From Octopus sinensis (Eukaryota), in assembly GCF_006345805.1 (NCBI RefSeq), contig NC_043022.1, positions 8,370,001-8,434,000 of the forward strand: a stretch of DNA of 64,000 nt. Reading direction: 5' to 3'. This document shows positions 53,746 to 64,000 of the stretch, in pieces; position 1 is the stretch's first letter, and every line of letters starts with the position of its first letter. The notes under the pieces were generated by a model. It ran no database searches and was not told the DNA's origin. It saw nothing but the letters and a program-made list of their open reading frames with translations. The position numbers and the translations under genes were made by a program.

Positions 53746-56096
53746 TGCAACCTAATTGGTCAGCTAGAAAATAGCTGCCCCCCCCCCCCCCATCATTTGA
53801 CAATCGATGTTGGTGTGACTACGTCCCTGCAACTTAGCAGTTTGGCAAAAGAAACCAATAGAATAAGTACTAGGCTTACAAAGAATAAGTCCTGGGGTCA
53901 ATTTGTTAAGCACTAGGATTAATATAAATGACTTTTCTTCCTGTCAAAATTGCTGGCCTTGTACCAAATTTAGAAAGGATTAGAAGGGATTTTATAGTGT
54001 AGTAATCTAATCTTGCAAAAGCTCTATTTAAAAACACAAACAAATAATATTTTTTAAAATGACTGTATTATTAAGTCTGGAATGCCTTTGATTTCTAAGT
54101 AAAGACCTAATTGTTCAAGATTGACCTGGGGCTAAAAAACAATAACAACATATTAAAAGCATATTATCTCATGTTTAGGAAAATAAATAAAATATTAACA
54201 AATCCTCACAGAAAAACATATTATACCACTCCATCTTTTCCATTTTTTTTTAATCATCAAAGCTTTGCGTCAGACTGTTGGCAGTGTATTCCATGTGGTA
54301 GAACCATACTCTGCCACATAGCTTTTCCCATGTTCATTGCTAATTGGTTCTCGTTAAGGATTAGAAGAGTGTCATATACAATTAATAGGTCTCCCACCTT
54401 TTCTTTTTCTTTTTGTTTTCTGATATATGCTGCTAACTAAAAACTACAAAGTATTTTCTTCTGAATACTATGAAAAAAGAAATGTGTATACAAAAATCTT
54501 TAAAGACAGAATGGTGGTAATTTTGTTCTCTATGGAAAAATGAGATTTAACAATGTAAATATTGTTTTTAATGTTTTTTAATGTGTTCCTGCTTCTGTTT
54601 TGAGTGTGTGCGGTTTATGTATTTCTGTATATGTATGTGTCTACCTATTTTTTGTCTGTGTGTGCGCGCATGCACACAGAGACAAATATTTATTACATGG
54701 CATGATTATTAATAATTAGCAATTGCTATTATATGTGTACATCATGAATAATAATATTATGTATATATATATATATATATATATAAACTTATATATATGA
54801 TGGAGTTTTGTATTTTTTTATGTGACTAAGGGTCTTTGTATGCTTCTTTGTGTGTGTGTGTATTTGTGACAGTTGGATGTTAATGTTTCTGTGCCTGACT
54901 ATATGTACGTTATGTGGCTGTTTATAAGGGTGGATGCTTGTTTTTATGTTATTGCATTTGTATGTGTGTGGTTGTATATGACACCTCATCACCTCTATTC
55001 ATCTTTTTCCTGTTCTTCTCTGGTTACTCTTGTTCTCTCATCTATGATATAAGTTGCCATGTAGCTTGTCTACAGCAAGAAAACTGTTCTGTTCCGGCCC
55101 CTTCCCTCATACTTTTACATGATAGGCAATCCTAGTCTTGTAAACTCCATGGTGTCCTCACAAGTGTTGGTGTCATGAAAAAGCACCCAGTAACACCCTG
55201 TGAAATGGTTAACATTAGGAAGAGTATCCAGCCACAGAAACTGTGCTGAAGCAGATGCTAGAGCATTATGCAATTCTTGGACCCATTTGATCCCATCAAA
55301 AAAATCTAACCATTTCAACCCATGCCAGCCTGGAATATGGGTGATAAATGATAATTGATGATGATGTACTGTTGAGAGCTCCAGTTGTTTTACTGAAAAG
55401 CAACCCAGCAGACTAAAAAGATATTGATTGTAAAAGTGTCAAGGAAAGAAATATAACAATTTTATGAAATCACAAAATACCTTTATTGATTGTCTATATT
55501 GATTATCTGTGTAGATTATACCAAATGGTGAAACAAAGTGGAAACCAATGAAGAAACCTCAGTGTGGTCACTAAACTTGATAGAAATAGCAACCAAATCT
55601 CCCTTCAGATCATATGTTATGAATATCATCATCATTGTCAATTTTTTAATGTCCACTTTTCCTTACTTTCATGGCTTAGAATTTATTGCGGCAGATTTTC
55701 TATGGTTGGATACCTTTTCTGCCACTAAACCTCACCTGTTTCCAAATAATGTAATATTTCCCTATGGGTAGGGATGTTTATGCAGAATATTAGAAATGAA
55801 TGGCATTCACTTACAACTGTCACATGATGTTAAGACACACACTTACACACACATAATGGGCTTCTTTCAGTTTCTGTCGACCAAATCCACTCACAAGGCT
55901 TTGGTTGACCCAAAGCTATAGTGGAAGACACTTTCCCAAATAACTGAACCTGAATTCATGTGGTTGGGAAGCAAACTTCTTAACCACACAGTTACACCTG
56001 CACCTAACCACAGCTGCACCTTAACATCTTAGAAAATGTAATCTGGGCCACAATATGTCTAGAAAACATAAATGATGGATTGATGTTTATTCCAGT

Positions 56097-56285
56097 TCTA
56101 TATTTAAGAGATGAGGAATTATGGATATCATTTACATTTGATGGATATTTGTCCTCATCTTGTTTGTTGTTAACACCGTTTTGGCTGATATACCGACCAG
56201 CCTTCATCAGGTGTCTTGGGAAAATTTCGAACTTGGGAACCCAAGTTCGAAATCATTCCTAAGGTATTTTTCGATCTTATTGTTG

Positions 56286-56327
<42 letters not shown>

Positions 56328-56397
56328 TCACTGCCTGGAATCGAACTCAGAATCTTGGGGTTAGTAGCACGCGCTCTTAACCACTATGCCATATGCC
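56097..56397 (-). mobile_element. full-length tRNA-headed hammerhead element (family H1) with 13-bp TSD
   Basis: TSD TGTTTATTCCAGT (56084-56096, 56398-56410); head GGCATATGGCATAGTGGTTAAGAGCG...GAGTTCGATTCC; HHR GACAC-CTGATGA-A-GGCTG..CAGCC-AAAACG-GTGTT (56172-56215). Confidence 0.9.
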
Positions 56398-58019
56398 TGT
56401 TTATTCCAGTGTTCCACTGTCTGAATTCAAGTCAGGTGTATCTTTCATCCCTTTTACCATCAACATTTTCAACCCCTGGACATTTCTGTCTTGGATCTCA
56501 GGATTCATAGGGCTAGTTACCTGGTTTCCATGGTGTACAAGTGACCGAGATCACAACATGCCCCATGAATGGGATGCCAGTCTGGTGCAGGTTTACTCAT
56601 TTACAACTTAGTGGACTGGACCAATGTGAAAGGATGTGTTTTGCTCACAAGATGTTACATAGGTTTGGGAAAGTTGAGGCTCGAGTCAAGTTTTCTAGCA
56701 ACAGAGCCATTAAGGAAACAACAGCACCCTAAATAACTGAAAACAGTCAATTATTATTTGACATGAAATGACAGAGTAGCATTTTGTCCTTGACTACACA
56801 TGCATGCACACACACATGTTTATTCAGGCCAAATGTGGCTGCAGACTCTGGAAACTCAGAGTAATAGCCCTCTGGAACAGCCTATATTAACAACTGCACT
56901 TTAAATTGTATTCAGTATGTCTTCTTGATCATTACTCACTAACAGATATAAGACCCATGAGTTAAGCCATTCGGATCGTCTTAAAGAACTGAAAGTAAAG
57001 ACAGTCCCAAACTAACATAGCAACAGTTTTGTATAACAATCTTTTCTGTGGGCTTGTCTGTAAATCACTGGCTGGATTAGTCTGATGAAACTAATCCAAT
57101 GAATAAAGAAAAAAAAACAAAAAAAATAAATGCTGTTAGCCCCTCATACTTTAAATTAATGCGAGAATCCATTTTATATAATTATATATGTGTACATGTA
57201 TGTGTGCATATATATTCACACACACACATACACAAATGTGTGTATGTTTATCTTTCTTTAATGCCACTTCGAAATAAAGCAGTGTCGTTGTATTTATATT
57301 TCATGACCAGGGGCAGTTGTGCACCAGAGACAAACTTAAAAATGAGTATTTGGATTGATGCGATCAACTAAAATTCTTCTAGGTTGTGCTCCAGTGCTCC
57401 AGTATGGCTGCTGCAGTCCAGTGACTGAGAAAGAAGTAAAATTGAACAATTATGCAAATGTCTAGATTAGTCAAAGGTTTGGGAGTGGTAATGGGTGCCA
57501 ACTAACAACCAAAACTGATCTAAAGACCAAGAAATCTAAGTGTCAATTACTTGACTAAAACGCAACTAGTTGGGCAAAACCTCTTTTAAGCATGTGTAAG
57601 CAAACTTCTTTATGCTTGATACTCAAAGCAGAGTATCAAGTTTCATGTATTGATTCCACAAGAGCCATTTAGGGAATACATGAAGCACTGAAGCAATTAA
57701 TTTACTACTAACTAGATTGCTTAAACAGTATGTTAGCTCTGGCTTGTGCAAAATCACATTATTTGAATATGTAATTTTGAATACTATACTTTCGTTGAGC
57801 TAAATAAAGCTTCACTATAATATCTTATGCACACACACACACACATACACACACAATCAACCTCAGATAGATGCATACACACACAAACACACATAAGCAC
57901 AATCAACCTCTTACAGACACACGCATATACGTGCATGTGAACACAACCACCCCACAGATACATGTACACACATATATATATAACCACCCTTTGATTGAAA
58001 CACACTCATAAACACATTG

Positions 58020-58067
<48 letters not shown>

Positions 58068-58547
58068 TCTGTTGGTTGTAAAAAGTCAACCAAATCACCT
58101 GAATTAAATTCTACAATTTATAGAGAAACATTTCTTTCTTCTCTCTAAAACTAAATAACAGTGAAATGGGTGACAGGAGAAAGCAGTTAATCACATTTGC
58201 ATTGCTTTCTTACTGTTGGAGTAAAGGACTTCTTTATATTCCTTTAGAGTGTTTCACTTCTGAGGTTGACTTCATGCATATTTGTAAATGAGTGTTTTCA
58301 TCATGCAGTTAACACCATTCTTTTCCATTCTTCTGTGAAACCTATCTGCTCACAGGGGAATATTGTCTTGTTTAGAAATATGACCATTTGGTGACAAGAA
58401 GGGCAACTAACTGTAGAAAATGTGCCTTAATGAATTCTGTCTGATCTATGTAAACATGGAAAAGTGGGCATTAAAACAATGATATATATATATTGTAAAG
58501 TTTAACTCAATCCTATATATGTATGCATGTTTATGAACATATGTATG

Positions 58548-58585
<38 letters not shown>

Positions 58586-58586
<1 letters not shown>

Positions 58587-59840
58587 GAGGGGTGTATGAA
58601 AAGTTTTGAGCCTAACCTAGAAACAGGGCTGCTAGGTAGCTGAAACAATTTTTTCTGCTAAGTACAGTCTTTTTGGAGTATTCTTGCTCATTTTCATGAT
58701 TTTTGAATAAACAAGTGTTGAGGTTACAAGGAAAATGGAGAAAACTGAGTATCGTGCTGTCATAAAGTACCTTCATTTGAAAGGCATGACTCCATCAGAA
58801 ATCCATGAAGATATGGTGAGAACCTTAACAGACAATGCTCCTTCATATGCAACAGTCAAACGCTGGGTAAATGAATTCCAGCATGGCAGGGAGAGTGTTG
58901 AAGATGATCCCACACCAGGGAGACCTCCAACTGCAACCACTGAGGACATCATTGACCTAACTCTTGGTATGATAATGCAAGATTGGCGAATATCATGTCG
59001 TCAGATAGCTGAGAGACTGGGCATCTCAACTGAAAGAGCAGACAACATTGTGACAAAAGAACTTGGGTTCTCAAAAGTTTCTTCAAGGCGGGTCCCTCGC
59101 CTTTTGACTCCTGAACAGAAACGCACCAGGTACACTTTGTCCACGAGCAATCTGGAACTGTTTGAAGCTGATGAAGAGAATTTTCTTGTTCATTTCTTTA
59201 CTACGGAAGAAAGCTGGGTTCATCACTACCAGCCTGAAACCAAAGAACAATGGAAGCACACATCTTCTCCTACCCCAAATAAGGCCAGGGTCATTCTTTC
59301 AGCTGGCAAGGTCATGGCATCGGTTTTTTTGGATTCTCAAGGTGTCTTGCTGATTGATTACCTTGAAAAGGGTCACACCATGACAGGGCTGTATTATTCT
59401 TAGCTACTGAAATGCCTCCAAGAAACAATCAAAGAAAAAATGCAGGGAATCCTCACCAGAGGAGTCCTTTTTAATCACAACAATGCTCCAGCCCACACCT
59501 CAGTGGTTGCCATGGCAACGATTCATGATTGTGGATATGAACTTGTTCCCTATCTGCCTTATTCGCCAGACTTAGCCCCCTCTGACTTTCATCTATTCCC
59601 CCAAAATGAAAAATGCCTTGGCTGGTCGCCATTTTGCCAGTGACAATGACATCATAGACGCTGTAGGGAGTTTCTTGGAGTCTCAAACAAAAGAGTTCCT
59701 CTACGCCAGAATAATGGCGCTTCAAGCACTGCTGGAGAAAGTGTTCAGCCATCGAGGGGACTATGTTGAAAAATAAATCATCAGAAGTCTTGTACTATAT
59801 TTTGTTGTTTTGAGACTCAAAACTTTTCATACACCCCTCG
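58586..59840 (+). mobile_element. full-length mariner, 1255 bp (irritans-subfamily-like)
   Basis: TA flanks; 25-bp TIRs TGAGGGGTGTATGAAAAGTTTTGAG / CTCAAAACTTTTCATACACCCCTCG (one CpG transition). Confidence 0.95.
58735..59776 (+). pseudogene. mariner transposase pseudogene
   Basis: MEKTEYRAVIKYL, RVPRLL, TTEESWVHHY, HNNAPAH, YSPDLAPSDFHLF; stop at 59401-59403, frameshift near 59600, first two catalytic Asp changed to E and N. Confidence 0.95.
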
Positions 59841-60027
59841 TATATGTATATAAATAGGTATATACGAGCATTTGTGTATGTGTATAGATTTAAAATGTAT
59901 AAAGAGGACTATTAAATAGTTTCTTTCACATTTAAATGATAACATATTTTTGATTTTGTTATAATTCTGTTTTTACATATTTTTAGTAAGTTTCTTATTT
60001 AGTTTTGGATATCTGCTTGCACATATT

Positions 60028-60097
<70 letters not shown>

Positions 60098-60898
60098 ATT
60101 AGAAAAATATCATTATGAAAGGATGAGAGAATATCTGTTGTCCTAAAAATGGCAAAATATAATCATAATGATGTCCTAACATGTCATACCTTGTTCAACT
60201 CCCGCATCTCCTCTGGCAATAGGTCATCTAATGTGGAAACCCTAAACTAAGAGGGAGCCAGGGGTTAATAAATTTAGTGATGAGGTAGGAAAGGTGATAG
60301 ATGGGGCAGGAGATGAGATGAAATGCTTTTTAATAAGCTTAACTGACTTCAGATGTTAGCCACCATCATCACTATTTAATGTCTACTTCTCTGTGTTTGC
60401 ATGTGCTGAACAGGATTTGTTAGGATAGATTTTCTGAAATTGCATGCCCTTCCTGTTACCAACACTCACCTATTTCCAAGCAAAGTAATATTTCTCCATG
60501 ACCAGGTATATTTCCATGGAAGACTGGAAATGAACAACATTGCTTGTATGATGGTGATGATTGTTTACAAAAATCACATAATGTCAACTTAAAGGTACTC
60601 TCTCTCACACACACAGACACACTCTCATGCACACACACACACACACACATACGAATACACACGACAAACTTCTTTCAGTTTCCATCTATCAAATCAACTC
60701 ACAAAACTTCTGTTGGCTCAGAGCTATAGTAGAAGACACCTAAGGTGCTGTGCAGTGGGGTCAAGGCCACATGGTTAGGAAGTAAGCTTCTTAACCACAC
60801 TGCTAACCTTCTTAACCACTTGTGTCTATATTATAGGCACAGTTTGTATTATACCAAAGGGACTTTTGAATTGTCCTGTATATAATTCTTTATGATTA

Positions 60899-60915
60899 AG
60901 GTCACTAAGAGGTCA
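60899..60915 (+). promoter_or_regulatory. perfect DR5 nuclear-receptor motif (AGGTCA N5 AGGTCA)
   Basis: AGGTCA CTAAG AGGTCA; motif match only, function unsupported. Confidence 0.2.
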
Positions 60916-61844
60916 CTAGTGTTTTGAGGGTGAAAGATAAAGCATTGGTGTATAAGAATGGATCTAAGTATAACAGTGTCCTTAGAATTACAGAAAATTT
61001 TCAAACCATTTGCCAATCCTAAGCAAAACATTTGAAATTATTTCAACATGCTGACACATGCCTACATTCTTTCAAGAGAACTTGTAAGTAGATCTCTGTG
61101 ACGCATGATAAATAGCCATTGACGTCAGTGGCTCTATGATTTAAAGCAATATTAGACATTATCAAGCCAGTGATAAGTACAGTCAACCAAAGGAAATGAT
61201 CTGAAGAAATGTTGTTCAACTTGATAATCCTCTCAAATTTATATGACAAACATAATAATATATATTACAGGTATGTGTGTGTGGTAGGAACTTTGCTTCC
61301 CATCCACATGGTTTCAGGTTCAGTCCCACTGTGTGGTACCTTGAGTGTCTTCTACTATAGTCTTAAGCTGACCAAAGCCTTGAGAATGGAATTGTTAGAA
61401 GGAAACTGAAAAAGCCTGCCACGTTTAGATACATGTACAGTTTCATTTGTTAGTGCTATTATATAAATTAGAAGTGTGCCAGCAATGTTTACTTTCATAC
61501 TAAACTTTACTATTGGAGGTATCCATAGATTTTACCCATTGCTGTATAGTATCTATGTCAGATCCTCATTGGTAACTATAACACGAAGCACAAACAATGA
61601 GGCATGAGCATTTTCACATACACACATGTATACACAGACTTTTAGTTTCCTTGACAAGGCTTGACTCGGCCCAAGGCTGTAATAGAAGACACTTGACCAA
61701 GGTACCATGCAATGGGACTGAACCTGAAATTCTGTGGGTGGGACATGTACTCCTTAACTACATAGCAATGTCTGTGCCTATCTATAAATAAATTTGTTTG
61801 ATACGTTACTTTTTTATTGTCCATAACTGGTACTGTGTTGGTTA

Positions 61845-62135
61845 CAATGATGAGGGTTCCAGTTAAGCTAATCAATGGAATAGCCTGCTCGTGAAATTAA
61901 TGTGCAAGTGACTGAGCACCCTATACACATGCATACTCTTAGCATAGTTCTCAGGGAGATTCAGCATGACAAGGCTGGCCCTTTGAATTACTGGTACAAC
62001 TCATTTTTGCTAGCTGAATGGGTTGAAGTAATGTGAAATAAAGTGTCTTGTTCAAGGACATAACATGCCGCTGGGAATCAAACTCACAACCTTATGTTCA
62101 TAAGCCCAATAACCTAACCCCTAAGCCATGTGCCT
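61845..62135 (-). mobile_element. SINE family C, uninterrupted
   Basis: GATGAGGGTTCCAGTT...GGAGATTCAGCATGAC...GGGAATCAAACTC. Confidence 0.8.
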
Positions 62136-62774
62136 TCATTTGTTTATAGGGAGAATCAATGAGCATCAGAGACATTTACAACTATCTGATGTATATTATA
62201 ATTTTAGTCATTTATAAATGCAATGAAGTTTAAAAAGTATAAATACACTTCATAATATTGTTTAGTATGAAAAATAAGGGTGTGGGACATTTTGACACAG
62301 CTGTTTTGGTGCAGTTTATTTAGTGTCAGTAATTCAATGCTGATTTATTTGACATCAGATGTTTTAATGTTTCTCTCATTTCAGTGTTTGCCCCTTTTCC
62401 CCTCCTCCTACTTTCTTTTATATTTATGTGTGTGAGCATATGTAACTCTGTGTACAACAAGAGGGTAAGTTTATGTCAGTCCCGTTCAATTAATGATTGC
62501 AGCACCCAAACGATTGAGCCACAACACTGTCACACAGTACAACTGGTACTGGATAGACTGACCATATTGACAGTTACAGTATTTTCATCAGTCTCACTCC
62601 TTCACAATCAGTTTCTCTAGCAACACAAGTAAAACATTTCATTTCTCTCCAGTGATGACTTCTAGTGGAATCACTCTTTGTCCTCATGATATAAAATGTT
62701 TTCTTTGCATGATTTATGTAGTTTTTAAATTACTAGCTTAGTCTACTACTTTGAAGCTCTAGATAATCTTTTAT

Positions 62775-63075
62775 CTCTCTTTTACTCTTTACTCTTTTAC
62801 TTGTTTCAGTCATTTAACTGCGGCCATGCTGGAGCACCGCCTTTAATCGAGCAACTCGACCCCGGGACTTATTCTTTTGTAAGCCCAGTACTTATTCTAT
62901 CAGTCTCTTTTGCCGAACCGCTAGGTAACGGGGACATAAACACACCAGCTTCCACAGTTTCTTGACCAAATTTACTTACAAAACATTGATTGTCTCAGAT
63001 CTATAGTAGATGCTTGCCCAATGTGTTGCGCAGTGGTTGCAGAGCAAGCTTCTTAATCATTCAGCCCTACCTGCA
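62775..63075 (-). mobile_element. SINE family A (young 3' half plus degraded head)
   Basis: (CTCTTTTA)n tail, GCGGCCATGCTGGAGCACCGCC...GCCGAACCGC. Confidence 0.85.
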
Positions 63076-64000
63076 CTTAACAGATCATTTAATGATTGAT
63101 CACAGACGATATGAATGCACCCATACTTGTTTGTTAGTGAGTTTGATTAGATGTAGTTTGCCAGAAGAGAACTCCTCACCAGATACAACAAAAGACTGAC
63201 CTCATCAGGAGGTTTTCTTAATTGCTGGCAGGCCTTCTATCTTTGCTGGAATACAGGAGTAGTCAATATAATGGTTTATAGTCATCTTGGCCTACGTTCA
63301 GAGGAAGACCAGTTAAGTGATTGGTAAAAAGTCATTCAGAGATCCACTTCAGCCTCTGGCCCATAGATGTGTTGTTTCCTCTCTGAAGTTTCTGCTGTGG
63401 CTACAGAGGCCTTTGTTCCCTGGAGCTGATTGGTCACTTTTTATCTCCATTCAGCCACTCCAGAATCATCCCTCTTTCCCCCTCTCATCATTCATATTGT
63501 ATTCACCTACCCATTATGTCTAAGCCTTCTTCCTCAACACATTGACCTTTTGGATTCCACTTCCTGCTCAGCTGTTGACTTGAAACTGGCATGGGTTTGA
63601 CGATAGGAAGGGCACCTTGCCACAGAAAATCTGCTTCAATAAAGCCTGTCTGACCTATGCAAACATGGAAAAGTGGACATTACATGATGTTGATGATATT
63701 AATTTTGGAGAAGTCAGTGTCTTTGATAGAGCTAGAATTCAAGGGGGTTCCCTTACTCCCAATACTTTAGATGATATCTGAAGTCTTAACATTATATGAT
63801 ATTATTGAATTCACTTTGTCTAAGGTGGTAGGTTAGCACATTGAACAAAATGCTTAGAAGTACTTCTTCTGTCTAATTAAATTCTGAATTCAACTGCTGC
63901 TGAGATAAACTTTGCCTTTTGGGTGGTAAATGTAATCATTAGATGGTAAGCATAATGTTTCCCAGTTTAGCACCACTGCTTGTCTTCTTGGTGCTTTTAT

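Noticed and set aside
57615-57640. 10-bp hairpin CTTGATACTC/GAGTATCAAG (similar ones near 5309 and 31084)
   Set aside because: Isolated short inverted repeats are expected in AT-rich DNA; no other support
63150-63215. Minus-strand CTGATGAG as a hammerhead core
   Set aside because: No matching stem II or GAAA segment downstream

Overview
AT-rich eukaryotic non-coding DNA, most likely an octopus or other coleoid cephalopod (inferred from the SINE families and the very large (TA)n/(CA)n arrays). It has one 100-N gap and no recognisable host protein-coding exon; nearly all listed ORFs are microsatellite artefacts or transposon remnants. The window is a mosaic of tRNA-derived SINEs, LINE fragments (RTE, CR1, Tx1/L1 and a CRE-like RLE element), two full-length mariners, other Tc1/mariner remnants, hAT and piggyBac-like MITEs, Helitrons and a 660-bp foldback. 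The most notable signal is a set of hammerhead ribozyme (HHR) motifs of the Penelope-associated type I kind, from about six different sequence families. One family is a ~300-bp element built as tRNA-like Pol III head + (AAT)n + hammerhead + 3' tail. It occurs once with a 13-bp target-site duplication (56097-56397) and once as a head-to-head inverted dimer (42711-43260), making it a candidate ribozyme-carrying SINE/retrozyme. A sharp switch from CpG-retaining to CpG-depleted DNA near 31.2 kb suggests a germline methylation-domain boundary. All calls are by eye; boundaries without TSD/TIR support are approximate.
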